From positions 1-48,037 of the forward strand of contig DAIOWB010000001.1 of the NCBI GenBank assembly GCA_036758725.1: DNA of 48,037 bases, read 5' to 3'. The first letter of the stretch is position 1. Each line of letters begins with the position of its first letter. The notes beneath the pieces are model-generated. The model made no database searches and had not been told where the DNA came from. It worked only from the letters and a program-made list of their open reading frames with translations. The translations under genes were made by a program, and so were the position numbers. Positions 35,960 through 46,439 of the stretch are shown one piece after another. This stretch comes from Lacibacter sp. (GTDB lineage Bacteria; Bacteroidota; Bacteroidia; Chitinophagales; Chitinophagaceae).

Positions 35960-36930
35960 TGATTACTGAAATTGGAATTGATATTGCTAAAACAAAAATG
36001 CTTTTAAGTGCAGGTGAACTTGTTGCCATACCAACTGAAACAGTTTACGGATTAGCTGCTAATGCGTTAAATGAAGATGCTGTACTGGAAATTTATAAAG
36101 TAAAAAACAGGCCTCAGTTTAATCCGCTGATTGTTCATGTTGCATCCTTTGAAAAAGCGCAACAGTATATCCAAAATATTTTACCTGAAGCAAAAAAACT
36201 AACAGATGCCTTCTGGCCCGGCCCGCTAACTGTTTTATTTGAAAAAAAACAAGCAATTCCAGATTTAGTTACAGCTGGCAGCAACCGTGTTGCAATACGT
36301 GTACCAAATCATTCGCTCACACTTGAATTGCTTCAACATCTGGAATTTCCATTAGCTGCACCAAGTGCCAACCCCTCCGGATACGTTAGCCCCACAACTG
36401 CACAACATGTATATGATGGGCTGCATCATAAAATTTCTTACATATTAGATGGTGGGGCATGTAATGTGGGAGTTGAATCAACTATTGTTGGATGGAATGA
36501 AGATGAAGAGTTGGAAATATATCGTTTAGGTGGTATTTCAGTTGAACAAATTGAGTTGGTCATTGAGAAGAAAATAAGCATTACAAAAAAAATAATTGAA
36601 AATCCTGAAACTCCTGGTCAATTAAAAAGTCATTATGCAACTCGTACCCCTCTTTATTTAGGGCGACCAGAAGAATTATTACGACGATTTGAAGATCAAA
36701 AAATAATCATGATCAATTTTCAACAATATCATCCTGATTTACCGCATGAACAACAATTCATTTTATCTGAAACGGGCTCAGTTGAAGAAGCTGCAAAAAA
36801 TTTATTTAAAATTCTTCGTGAAGTTGACAAAATGAAAGCCGATGTTATTCTTGCCGAACCTTTAATTGATGAAGGTTTGGGAAGATCCATTAACGACCGA
36901 CTTGAAAGGGCTCAATTTAAAATGAAATAA
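35959..36930 (+). CDS. sua5: L-threonylcarbamoyladenylate synthase, Sua5 type (YrdC + SUA5 domain)
   Basis: PTETVYGL, K.RP..NPLIVH, FWPGPLT, AAPSANPSG, GVESTI, PGQLKSHYA. Confidence 0.93.
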   Translation: MITEIGIDIAKTKMLLSAGELVAIPTETVYGLAANALNEDAVLEIYKVKNRPQFNPLIVHVASFEKAQQYIQNILPEAKKLTDAFWPGPLTVLFEKKQAIPDLVTAGSNRVAIRVPNHSLTLELLQHLEFPLAAPSANPSGYVSPTTAQHVYDGLHHKISYILDGGACNVGVESTIVGWNEDEELEIYRLGGISVEQIELVIEKKISITKKIIENPETPGQLKSHYATRTPLYLGRPEELLRRFEDQKIIMINFQQYHPDLPHEQQFILSETGSVEEAAKNLFKILREVDKMKADVILAEPLIDEGLGRSINDRLERAQFKMK

Positions 36931-36931
36931 T

Positions 36932-37402
36932 TTACTCCCAGAATTTAACCAGGTAATTGTTGCAATTGCCATTTGTTAAATGACCAATATGCTCTCCAAT
37001 TCCAGCTAAAGCCATTTCACTTGCATGCTCTTCAATAAAAGGAAACATGATTCGTTCTTCAAATCGAATATGAGCTTCCAATAAAGTATGAAATGATATA
37101 ATCTGCTCCTTGGATTCTTTTCCCTGTTTAATTGAATCTATAATATCTCTGATGATCATATGTTCATCCAACATACGGCTGTATAATTCCTGAAGCTGCG
37201 GTAATTTCAGGTGCTCAGGGTTAAGTTGCTCTTCCTCTGCTTTAAAATGATGATTCAGTTCTTCTTCCCAGCAATAAAGGATAAAATCATTCATGATTTT
37301 TAATTCTGCATTCTTCTTCACTCCTTTTTCAAGTAACAACACAGCCATTAATCCATTATGATGCTGATGAGAAAGCGGGTATAGATTTTTATTCCGTTTC
37401 AT
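36932..37402 (-). CDS. Hemerythrin-like domain protein
   Basis: LSHQHHNGL, HFKAEE, EH, HIRFEER.MFP. Confidence 0.85.
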   Translation of the reverse strand: MKRNKNLYPLSHQHHNGLMAVLLLEKGVKKNAELKIMNDFILYCWEEELNHHFKAEEEQLNPEHLKLPQLQELYSRMLDEHMIIRDIIDSIKQGKESKEQIISFHTLLEAHIRFEERIMFPFIEEHASEMALAGIGEHIGHLTNGNCNNYLVKFWE

Positions 37403-37407
37403 AATTA

Positions 37408-38169
37408 TTATTTCAACCCGTTGATGATTTGTACAAACTCTTCTGCTTTTAAAGATGCCCCGCCAACTAAGCCACCATCAACATCTGGCTGACTAAATAT
37501 TTCTTTTGCATTTGAACCCTTAACACTACCGCCATAAAGAATTGAAATATTATTTGCAACTTCACTACCATATTTACCTGCAAGTACACTTCTTAAATGT
37601 GCATGCATTTCCTGCGCCTGTTCTGAAGTTGCCGTCTTACCGGTTCCAATTGCCCAAATGGGTTCATATGCAATAATGATTTTTTGCAAATCATCGGCAC
37701 TTAAGTGAAACAAACTTTCTTTTAATTGATTTCCTACATATTCATTTTGTGTACCGGATTCCCTGATGTTTAATGCTTCGCCACAACAAAAGATAGGCGT
37801 TAATCCGTATAATAAAGAAATGTTTACTTTCTCTGCCAGCATCTGGTTGTTTTCATTGAAATATTCTCTTCGTTCACTATGTCCCAGTACAACATAGTTC
37901 ACATGAATTGAATGCAGCATTTCAGCAGAAGTTTCTCCGGTAAATGCACCTGCCTTTTGTGTATAGCAATTCTGAGCAGCAACTCCAGCCCCTTCTTTTC
38001 CTTTCAATTTATCAACCACCATCGTTAAATAAGGAAATGGTACTGCAAATATTGCCAGTTGATGAGCTGAGAGTGTATGTGGAGTATTAATGATATCGGT
38101 AATTAATTGTTCTGCCTGCTGAAATGTTAAGTTCATCTTCCAATTGGCGGCGGCTACTTGTTTACGCAT
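37408..38169 (-). CDS. tpiA: Triosephosphate isomerase
   Basis: AANWKMN, GAFTGE, LGHSERR, AYEPIWAIGTG, LYGGSV, DGGLVGGASL. Confidence 0.99.
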   Translation of the reverse strand: MRKQVAAANWKMNLTFQQAEQLITDIINTPHTLSAHQLAIFAVPFPYLTMVVDKLKGKEGAGVAAQNCYTQKAGAFTGETSAEMLHSIHVNYVVLGHSERREYFNENNQMLAEKVNISLLYGLTPIFCCGEALNIRESGTQNEYVGNQLKESLFHLSADDLQKIIIAYEPIWAIGTGKTATSEQAQEMHAHLRSVLAGKYGSEVANNISILYGGSVKGSNAKEIFSQPDVDGGLVGGASLKAEEFVQIINGLK

Positions 38170-38179
38170 GATTTAATTT

Positions 38180-39346
38180 TTATGTTAATTGATTATAAAG
38201 ATATTTCAGTATGTTATGATCTGCATCATCAACCTCCTGATTTTTTAAATTCATCCAGTTTTCAATATCCCTGATGGCTTTATCAATATTATATTTTTCT
38301 CCGGTTTTTATATCCCATGAAAAATCAGCAATATATTTAGGAGAGAGCCCCTCTGTTAAAATATTACAACAAATGCCACTAACCATACCTGTTGTAAGTG
38401 ATGAGTTGATAGATACCTTTGTATAATCTCCCAACATAACACCACATTTATTTCCTGCACTGATCCACTGATGCAGTAATTGATTCCAGATTTTTATTTC
38501 ACCTGCCGTATTTTTTATATTGGAACAGGATGCTCCTGCACCAACATTACACCACTCTCCTATTACTGCATCACCTATATAACCGTCATGAGCTTTATTT
38601 GAGTAATTAAAAAAAACGGAATTTTTTATTTCACCACCTATGGTACATTTTTTTCCTATTGTAGTGGTTCCATAAATTTTACTTCCCATTTTAACCACAG
38701 CTTCATCTAACATGGCAAAAGGGCCACGGATCATTGCCCCTTCCATGATCAGGCAATTCTTTCCAATATAAATGGGGCCGGAAGAAGCATTTAAATAACA
38801 ATATTCTACTATGGCACCTTCTTCAATAAATATGTTTTCTGGTGAAGTAATATTGTTTGTAACAGAAATACTTTGTGTAGTACCAGTTGAACTAATCTCA
38901 TTAAAATCTTCTTTAATTAAAGATTCATTCCATTTTGTAATCTGAAATGGATAATCCAGTTGTTGTATCTTTTCTGTCCATTCTTCAAATTGAATTTCCG
39001 AACAATCTTTTATTGTAAATCCAAATTGATATTGTTGATGACTTCGTATTGCTAGGACTCGTCCTTTCTTTATAAGGCCCCTTCCAGGTTGTAAATTTCT
39101 GACGGCTTCTTTTAAAGTTGCTGATGGAACTAATTTTGAATCGATGTACAGAAGATCATCAGCAGAACCAAAAGGATATTTGGCTTTTAAATAGTCGTCC
39201 GTTAAACTAAAAGTTTCTTGTTTAAAAAAAATCTCCCACCGTTCCCTTGTAGAAAAAATTCCGATACGAATATCTGCCACAGGCCTGATGAGTGTGAATG
39301 GATAAAGAGATATCCGATCTTCAGTATCAAATAAAATAATCTGCAT
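38180..39346 (-). CDS. GlmU-related putative sugar nucleotidyltransferase with hexapeptide repeats
   Basis: LYPFT..RPVADIRIGI, GPIYIG...EG.MIRGP, GGEIKNS, SNKAHDGYIGDAVIGEWCN.GAG. Confidence 0.85.
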   Translation of the reverse strand: MQIILFDTEDRISLYPFTLIRPVADIRIGIFSTRERWEIFFKQETFSLTDDYLKAKYPFGSADDLLYIDSKLVPSATLKEAVRNLQPGRGLIKKGRVLAIRSHQQYQFGFTIKDCSEIQFEEWTEKIQQLDYPFQITKWNESLIKEDFNEISSTGTTQSISVTNNITSPENIFIEEGAIVEYCYLNASSGPIYIGKNCLIMEGAMIRGPFAMLDEAVVKMGSKIYGTTTIGKKCTIGGEIKNSVFFNYSNKAHDGYIGDAVIGEWCNVGAGASCSNIKNTAGEIKIWNQLLHQWISAGNKCGVMLGDYTKVSINSSLTTGMVSGICCNILTEGLSPKYIADFSWDIKTGEKYNIDKAIRDIENWMNLKNQEVDDADHNILKYLYNQLT

Positions 39347-39389
39347 CTGTTTTCAAATATCTGATTGTTCTTTCAAATCATCAAATAAC

Positions 39390-39419
39390 AAAAATCCCCT
39401 TCAAAAACTGAAGGGGATT
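39390..39419 (-). terminator. Intrinsic terminator after TonB receptor
   Basis: AATCCCCTTCA-aaaac-TGAAGGGGATT hairpin with adjacent A-tract (U-tract on minus strand). Confidence 0.85.
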
Positions 39420-39441
39420 GTAAAAATAATTATGAACTCAA

Positions 39442-42282
39442 TTAAAATACATTATATCCAAAGCTTACATAATATAATCCACCAATTTCAGGATTTGCAA
39501 AAGCTGATTTATAATATTTATTCAGCAGATTGTTAGCTCCAAGCTTGAGGATGTTTTTTGTTTTTGGTATACGGTATGATACCTGAGCATCTAAAATACC
39601 AAAAGCAGGAAGTTTGCCCGATAAGAAAGTAGATTCCCAAACTTCAATTTCAGATTGCCACTTATAGGTTGCAGAGAAACCAACGTTTTTACAAATCTTA
39701 TTGTTACTAACAGTAACATTATAACGCCATGGTGAAGTGTTAAAAAATGAAAGTTGACCTTTTGGTGCATTTCTTAATTCGTTGTAAGAAACGTTACTGC
39801 TAAGCACAAAGTTGTAAGGGAATTTGTAATCGATACTTGCTCCCCATCCAAACGATTTTACATCATCGGCAGAATTGGTAGGCATACCAAACTGACGTTG
39901 ATTAGATGTTCCCGGGCTTTGAATTAAAATAGCCGTGCTGATGAAATTTTGATAAACAGCATAATAAGCAAATACATCAATCAATAATTTTTTTGCAATT
40001 ACACCACGGTATCCAACTTCATATGAATTAACTGATTCAGGTTTAAAATCAGTAAACTTGTAGCTATTAGCACTTGATAGGGCTGCACCACCACGCCTTG
40101 CATTACCAACTGTTGCAGAATCCCAAACACGTCCAGGTTCTGTATTGAATTTATAAAATTCCTGGAATTGTGGTAAACCGCCAATAAGCATACTGCTCTT
40201 AGAACCCAGAGGCAGGTTGATGTATTGGTTTTGTGTAGTAGGGAAACGATAAGCTTGCTGATAAGATAAGCGGAAGAAATTATCATTGGCCACCTTAATG
40301 GTTGCAGTAGCCCTTGGTGTAAATCTTCCTTTAAAGTTATCGTTCTTATCAAAGCGGCCGGCAACTGTTATTTTAATACGCTCTAAAAATTCTTTCTGAA
40401 TTTGTACATAACCACCATATTCATTAATTGGAATTCTTTTACCAACTGTATCAGTAAATAAGGTTCCCTGAGAGTTTAAAGAAAACCTGCGGAACAATCC
40501 ACCCACCTGTACATCTGCCCAGGTAATTTTTTTGAAATTATACATTCCATCAACAACATACATGTCTGTTTTATCGAGAAACTTTGCTCCACCTTTAGAA
40601 ATTGGAGTTTTACGAACAGTATTAAATAAATTATTAAATGCTGCAGAACCTGGTAGTGGACGGTTTACATCTGCATTAGCTCTTGCATAAAAATGTGCCT
40701 GATCTTCTGGTAAGTTTATACCGGTAAAACCTGGTAAAGTTCCACCACGTGCTGCAGCAAATGTGCCAATATATGTAGGGAACCACTGTGTAGAACTTTC
40801 AGAATATCCTTGTAACATTTGTGATGCCAGGATAGTAGCTGCGTAAGCCTCGCCTGAATTTTCCTGGGTTGTATAAGCTTTTACAAAATAATTTTCACCT
40901 TTCAGTTCTATTTTATATTGACCGATTATAGCGTCTTTTAACGAATATCGATCGGCACCTGTATAAACCGTTGTAGCTGTACCCCAATATCCAACTAAAG
41001 ACAATTCAGTATTTGCATGTATTTTATAATACAAACCTCCATTAAACTTAAGGTTATAGGTATTGTAATCAACTAAATCTTTTTCTGCATAACCGGTACG
41101 ACTAACAATTGAGTCAGATCCGGTGGCAAATAAAGAAGACGCCGTATTATTTGAATTTGTTGTTGCAGCACCTTTTGCAATAGCATCGGCTTGTGCAGGT
41201 GAAGCGCCTCCGTTGATTGCTTGCTGATACGCAAATGCATATGTTTGTTGATAAACACTACCTCTAATTGCAGCTTTAATATTTACAATAGGCGGTGTAG
41301 AACCAATCTGATCACCATAAACGTTTACACCATTATAACTTGGAATACTTCTGTCACCAAATACTGTAGTGTTTCCCAAAACATCATAGTTACTATAGTC
41401 CTGTGCCTGCCAATCCTGCGCCTGCATAAACTGACCAGCAAGTTTAAATGCAAATTTTTCAGTTAATTTTTTGCCCCAACGGAAATTCCAGTCATAATAT
41501 GGTGAAGTTGGTCTTTGTCTTTTATCAGTATGCATAATTCCTTGCTTAACCTGGAAACTTAAACCCTGGTATTTGAAAGGGTTCTTACTATTAATCAATA
41601 ATGTACCATTCATACCACCAGACCCATAAAGTGCTGAAGATGCACCGGGCAGTAATTCCATATTATCAACATCCAGTTCAGTTAAACCAACGATATTAGC
41701 TACAGAGAAGTTTAAACCCGGAGCCTGGTTATCCATACCATCAGTAAACTGATTAAAACGGGTATTACCTGAACCATTAAAACCTCTTGTACCAATAGTA
41801 CCAAAGATTAAACCTGAACGAACAAAATCAACCCCTTTCAGGTTTTGAACGGCATCATAAAAAGATGCAGCAGGAGCTTCTCTTAACTGAGTAGCGCCTA
41901 TACGCTCAATAGAAACAGGTGATTCAAGAATTTTTGTATTAGTTCTTGTTGCAGAAACAACAACTTCCTGTCCCAAAGCAGCTTTATTTATAAGTAAAAC
42001 CTCAATTGCAGCTGCTGAGTTCACTGTAATTTCCTGGTCTTCGTAACCAACTGAAGAAATAACAAGCGTTACCGGAAGTTTATCTACAGTTAATTTAAAT
42101 TCTCCTTTATCATCTGTAAAGGTTCCTCTTGAAGTTCCTTTTATAGATACTGATACAGCAGATAAGGTTTCATTACCCGTTTTTGCTCTAACAGTTCCTG
42201 ATATTGTAGTTTGTGCCTGTACTGCCAAACCTGTAAAACCGGTTATAAGCAGTAATAAAAATATTTTGATTTGCTTTTTCAT
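39442..42282 (-). CDS. TonB-dependent receptor
   Basis: Signal peptide, CarboxypepD-reg-like N-domain, EVVVSATR, TRGFN, DGMDNQAPGLNF, GASSALYG plug, C-terminal YYVSFGYNVF. Confidence 0.92.
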   Translation of the reverse strand: MKKQIKIFLLLLITGFTGLAVQAQTTISGTVRAKTGNETLSAVSVSIKGTSRGTFTDDKGEFKLTVDKLPVTLVISSVGYEDQEITVNSAAAIEVLLINKAALGQEVVVSATRTNTKILESPVSIERIGATQLREAPAASFYDAVQNLKGVDFVRSGLIFGTIGTRGFNGSGNTRFNQFTDGMDNQAPGLNFSVANIVGLTELDVDNMELLPGASSALYGSGGMNGTLLINSKNPFKYQGLSFQVKQGIMHTDKRQRPTSPYYDWNFRWGKKLTEKFAFKLAGQFMQAQDWQAQDYSNYDVLGNTTVFGDRSIPSYNGVNVYGDQIGSTPPIVNIKAAIRGSVYQQTYAFAYQQAINGGASPAQADAIAKGAATTNSNNTASSLFATGSDSIVSRTGYAEKDLVDYNTYNLKFNGGLYYKIHANTELSLVGYWGTATTVYTGADRYSLKDAIIGQYKIELKGENYFVKAYTTQENSGEAYAATILASQMLQGYSESSTQWFPTYIGTFAAARGGTLPGFTGINLPEDQAHFYARANADVNRPLPGSAAFNNLFNTVRKTPISKGGAKFLDKTDMYVVDGMYNFKKITWADVQVGGLFRRFSLNSQGTLFTDTVGKRIPINEYGGYVQIQKEFLERIKITVAGRFDKNDNFKGRFTPRATATIKVANDNFFRLSYQQAYRFPTTQNQYINLPLGSKSSMLIGGLPQFQEFYKFNTEPGRVWDSATVGNARRGGAALSSANSYKFTDFKPESVNSYEVGYRGVIAKKLLIDVFAYYAVYQNFISTAILIQSPGTSNQRQFGMPTNSADDVKSFGWGASIDYKFPYNFVLSSNVSYNELRNAPKGQLSFFNTSPWRYNVTVSNNKICKNVGFSATYKWQSEIEVWESTFLSGKLPAFGILDAQVSYRIPKTKNILKLGANNLLNKYYKSAFANPEIGGLYYVSFGYNVF

Positions 42283-42308
42283 ATATCTTATTTAATTCCG
42301 GTTTTAAA

Positions 42309-43160
42309 TTAGTTATGGGTTATGAAGGTTGTAGCTGGCGTTGGTGCTGCAGTTGCAGTAATCTGAAGCCTTGCAACAATGGTATAAATCTTTCCGCTTT
42401 CAAAACGAAATCTAGTGGTAGGGGAAGGAAAGAAACCAAGTAAACCAGTTGCAGGCGAAGTACCAGGTGTTCCGGCAACTCTGAATGCGATATTGTACGA
42501 TCCGCTATCAATTAATGCAAATTGTTGCAAATTTTTGTTGGTATAACCATCAGCAAATGCTCTTAATGGAAAAATATTTGCATTATTTAAAGGAGCAGAA
42601 GTAAGACCGCCATAAGCAGTTACATCAATTGTGTCCTTTCTTGGTAATGTTGATAATAACAATGGTGAAATGGAATGAACAAAACGAAGTTTTGCCTTAC
42701 CGGTTGGGGGTGCAGACAAATCATCATCCATAATCATTACTCTGTAAAAAGGATTGACATCTAAAGCGACAGCTGTATAACTTCTGTCTGGTAAGAAACT
42801 GGTAATACGGTTATAAACTGTTGTACCGGGAGAACCTGCAACGGCTAAATTTAAAGGCAATGCGTCACTTTTTACAGTTGCATACCCACCCACAATGGAT
42901 GTAAATGGATTAATGGTAGTAACAGGTGTACCAGATGTTACACTGGCTGCGCCATAAACTACATTATTCAAAGCCAGGATTCCACCCCATCTAACATCAA
43001 CGGCAGTTCCTGGCGTTGGTAGCGGACTTGGAGAAACCGGTGGATTCACTACCATATTTGCTACAAGCAAGCGGGCAGGATTAAAAGTTGTTTCTTTACA
43101 AGAAACAAAAAAAAGGGATGCACAAGGCACCGCATAGAACAATTTTAGAAACTTTCTCAT
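42309..43160 (-). CDS. DUF4397-like surface lipoprotein
   Basis: Start moved to ATG 43160 (MRKFLKLF...FVSC lipobox). DDLSAPPTGKAKLRFVH.ISP and GKIYTI patterns. Confidence 0.7.
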   Translation of the reverse strand: MRKFLKLFYAVPCASLFFVSCKETTFNPARLLVANMVVNPPVSPSPLPTPGTAVDVRWGGILALNNVVYGAASVTSGTPVTTINPFTSIVGGYATVKSDALPLNLAVAGSPGTTVYNRITSFLPDRSYTAVALDVNPFYRVMIMDDDLSAPPTGKAKLRFVHSISPLLLSTLPRKDTIDVTAYGGLTSAPLNNANIFPLRAFADGYTNKNLQQFALIDSGSYNIAFRVAGTPGTSPATGLLGFFPSPTTRFRFESGKIYTIVARLQITATAAPTPATTFITHN

Positions 43161-43302
43161 ATAACAGGGTTTACTGTAAAAACAAAAATAGGGGTTACTG
43201 ATAAATAATAAAACAAATCTTTCCAAACTTAATTTCCACAACCGTTTATAAGTTAAGCACTCTAACTCATTGCTTCTGTTCGTTGTCTGTTACCTTCGGG
43301 GT

Positions 43303-44226
43303 ATGAATTCATATCAATTTCCAAATCAAACTAATTATTATCAGGGTAAGGTTCGTGATGTATATACCATTGGTACCAACAAACTGGTGATGATTGCAAG
43401 CAATCGGATTTCTGCATTTGATGTTGTTCTTCCAAGAGAAATCCCTTATAAAGGACAGGTTTTAAATCAAATTGCTGCATATATGCTCAATGCAACCAAA
43501 GATATTTGTCCAAACTGGTTAATAAGCGTACCTGCACCTAATGTAAGTATGGGAAGAAAATGTACTCCTTTTAAGATTGAATTGGTAGTTAGAGGAAATC
43601 TTGTTGGGCATGCCTGGCGTACCTATTCTGAAAACAAAAGAATCCTTTGTGGAGCTATTTTGCCCGATGGTCTTAAAGAAAATGACTTTTTCCCCTCTCC
43701 GATTATTACACCTTCAACCAAAGCAGAAGAAGGGCATGATGAAGATATTTCACCTGACGAAATCATTGCCCAGGGCATTTGCACGAAAGAAGAATGGGAA
43801 AAACTCACTCAATATTCTTTACAACTTTTTGCAAGGGGGAAAGAAATTGCATCAAAGCAAGGGCTTATTCTTGCTGATACAAAATATGAATTTGGCAAAA
43901 TTGCCGATACCATTTATTTAATGGATGAAATTCATACCCCCGATTCTTCCCGTTATTTTTATGCAGAAGGATTTGATGAACGACAACAAAAAGGGGATCG
44001 TCAGAAACAATTGAGTAAAGAATTTGTACGTGAATGGCTCATTGAAAACAATTTCATGGGTAAAGAAGGGCAAACGGTTCCATCTATGAGTGATGAATGG
44101 GTTGATACGATTTCTAAGAGATATATTGAGCTTTATGAAAAAGTAATTGGTGAAAAATTTATTCCACAGGTGTTAAGTGATGAAGAAACCTATCAGTCTA
44201 TTTTAAAATCACTTCAAAAAATGTAA
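43303..44226 (+). CDS. purC: Phosphoribosylaminoimidazole-succinocarboxamide synthase
   Basis: [55 protein letters not shown]. Start placed at ATG 43303. Confidence 0.97.
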   Translation: MNSYQFPNQTNYYQGKVRDVYTIGTNKLVMIASNRISAFDVVLPREIPYKGQVLNQIAAYMLNATKDICPNWLISVPAPNVSMGRKCTPFKIELVVRGNLVGHAWRTYSENKRILCGAILPDGLKENDFFPSPIITPSTKAEEGHDEDISPDEIIAQGICTKEEWEKLTQYSLQLFARGKEIASKQGLILADTKYEFGKIADTIYLMDEIHTPDSSRYFYAEGFDERQQKGDRQKQLSKEFVREWLIENNFMGKEGQTVPSMSDEWVDTISKRYIELYEKVIGEKFIPQVLSDEETYQSILKSLQKM

Positions 44227-44227
44227 T

Positions 44228-44662
44228 ATGAACCCCGAAACAATTTTTCAGCTTTGCAATACAATAGCACTTATTGGCTGGTTGATATTGATAGTGATCA
44301 GTCCGTTCTGGTTTGAAACCGATAAATTACTGATAGGAATAATTGTTACTTTATTTGCCATTGTTTATACCTGGCTGCTGGCCACCCATTTCAACTTTGC
44401 AGATTTTGAAAAATTCAGCACATTAAATGGTGTAATGGAATTATTCACAAACAGAGTTGCTGTTACAACTGCATGGATTCATTTTCTTGCATTTGATCTC
44501 ATGATCGGCATCTGGATTAAAAAGAATGCACAAAAACATCATATCAATCACTGGTTACTGATCCCATGCCTGTTTTTTACATTTATGATTGGCCCGTTTG
44601 GATTATTCCTTTATCTGATAGTTCGTTTTATAAAAACGAAACATTATTTTGCTGAGAATTAA
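44228..44662 (+). CDS. ABA4-like (DUF4281) membrane protein
   Basis: FSTL.GV..LF, WIHFLAFDL..G.WI, PCL..TFM.GP.GL..Y. Confidence 0.85.
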   Translation: MNPETIFQLCNTIALIGWLILIVISPFWFETDKLLIGIIVTLFAIVYTWLLATHFNFADFEKFSTLNGVMELFTNRVAVTTAWIHFLAFDLMIGIWIKKNAQKHHINHWLLIPCLFFTFMIGPFGLFLYLIVRFIKTKHYFAEN

Positions 44663-44671
44663 CCTTATCTC

Positions 44672-45490
44672 ATGCAGCAAGTTCAAGTACATACTTCTGA
44701 TAATACCTCATTGATCAAATCTTTTTACGTTAAACTTAAAAGCCGCAATCCCATTCTGTTTTGGTTTGGATTGATCTTTTTGATTTCAGGTATTATTTGT
44801 GGGCTACTTACTCAATTGGATACTGAAAATATTGTTCTAGGCATTAATGCCTGGATTAAACCCATGAAATTTTATTTTTCTATTGGAATAGCCAGTTGGA
44901 CGTTTAGCTGGTTACTGGTTTATGTTCAAAAACAAAGAGCCGTTAAAATCTTTTCTATAGTTACAGTTATAACTATGTTATTTGAAATGTTTGTAATAAC
45001 CTGGCAGGCTGCTAATGGAAGGCTTTCACATTTTAATATCAGCACCCCACTCTACGGCATTCTTTTTTCTTTGATGGGTATTGCAATTACAATCTTTACA
45101 CTCTGGGCATTTTACATCAACATTCTTTTATTCAGGCAAAAAGAATTTCCTATCTGGATGAGCGATGGTTACAAATGGGGCATTAGATGGGGCTTATTGT
45201 TGTTTGTGATTTTTGCTTTTGAAGGCGGACTCATGGCGGCAAGACTAACTCATCTTGTTGGGATGGATATGGCAGCATCAGAAGGGTTGCCCATCTTAAA
45301 CTGGAGTACCATGGCAGGCGATTTAAGAGTTGCCCATTTCTTTGGTATGCATTCATTACAACTTCTTCCATTATGCGGATATTCTTTTGCACGGACTAAT
45401 TTTCAAATTCACCTGTTATCTTTCTTCTACTTCTTATTTGTAAGTTTATTATTCTGGCAGGCATTGCAGGGTTTTCCACTAATCAATTAA
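44672..45490 (+). CDS. Conserved hypothetical multi-pass membrane protein
   Basis: G.NAWIKPMKF..S, QAA.G..SHFN, GLP.LNWST..GDLRVAHFFGMH.LQ, about 7 TM helices. Confidence 0.8.
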   Translation: MQQVQVHTSDNTSLIKSFYVKLKSRNPILFWFGLIFLISGIICGLLTQLDTENIVLGINAWIKPMKFYFSIGIASWTFSWLLVYVQKQRAVKIFSIVTVITMLFEMFVITWQAANGRLSHFNISTPLYGILFSLMGIAITIFTLWAFYINILLFRQKEFPIWMSDGYKWGIRWGLLLFVIFAFEGGLMAARLTHLVGMDMAASEGLPILNWSTMAGDLRVAHFFGMHSLQLLPLCGYSFARTNFQIHLLSFFYFLFVSLLFWQALQGFPLIN

Positions 45491-45500
45491 AATTTTTCAA

Positions 45501-46424
45501 ATGCAAACAATCCTTGGTTCAAATGGTGTTATCGGACAAAATATAGCCAAAACACTTCCACAATACACAAACAAAATCAGGTTGGTTAGCCGCCAGCCAA
45601 AAAAAGTAAATGAAACTGATGAACTGATTGCTGCAGATTTATTAATTGCCGAACAGGTTAACAATGCAGTAAAAGGTTCTGAAACTGTTTTTCTTACTGC
45701 AGGTATTTTATACAGAATAAAATTATGGCGGGAACAATGGCCGGTGATTATGAGCAATGTAATAGAAGCTTGCAAATATCATAACAGCAAATTGGTTTTT
45801 TTTGATAACGTTTATTCTTATGGAAAAGTAAGTGGCTGGATGACAGAAGAAACTTCATATAATCCCTGTAGTAAAAAAGGTGAAGTAAGAGCTTCAATTG
45901 CAAGAAAATTGATGGACGAAACAAAAACCGGAAACTTACAGGCCATGATTGTAAGAGGTGCTGATTTTTACGGACCGCAAACTCCATTAAGTTTTTTAAA
46001 TGCAATGGTATTTGAAAACATGGCAAAAGGGAAGAAAGCACAATTAATGTTGAACGACTCAACAAAACATTCTTTTACTTATACACCTGATGCAGGAAAA
46101 GCTACTGCCTTGCTTGGCAATACTGCATCAGCCTATAACCAGGTTTGGCATGTACCAACCGATAAAAATGCATTAACCGGAAAAGAAATTGTTGAACTGG
46201 TTGCACATGCCTTTCACTTAGAGCCCAAATACCAGGTGCTGCCCAAATGGATGATTCAAATGGCCGGTTTATTTAATGGCGATATAAGAGAAGCTGTTGA
46301 AATGCTATATCAGAACGAAAACGATTATTTGTTCAGTTCTGAAAAATTTGAAAAAGCTTTTCCTGATTTTAACATAACATCGTACAAAGAAGGTATTGAA
46401 CAAACGGCAGCCTCAATGAAATAG
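45501..46424 (+). CDS. NAD-dependent epimerase/dehydratase (atypical SDR)
   Basis: TILGSNGVIG Rossmann motif, FFDNVYSYG, KKG..R, R.ADFYGP, YTPDAG. Confidence 0.88.
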   Translation: MQTILGSNGVIGQNIAKTLPQYTNKIRLVSRQPKKVNETDELIAADLLIAEQVNNAVKGSETVFLTAGILYRIKLWREQWPVIMSNVIEACKYHNSKLVFFDNVYSYGKVSGWMTEETSYNPCSKKGEVRASIARKLMDETKTGNLQAMIVRGADFYGPQTPLSFLNAMVFENMAKGKKAQLMLNDSTKHSFTYTPDAGKATALLGNTASAYNQVWHVPTDKNALTGKEIVELVAHAFHLEPKYQVLPKWMIQMAGLFNGDIREAVEMLYQNENDYLFSSEKFEKAFPDFNITSYKEGIEQTAASMK

Positions 46425-46439
46425 TTTATTTTAGCAGCC

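Noticed and set aside
34985..36930. KirBac-sua5 1-bp overlap as a functional link
   Set aside because: Tight packing of unrelated genes is common throughout this window, and nothing else supports a link.
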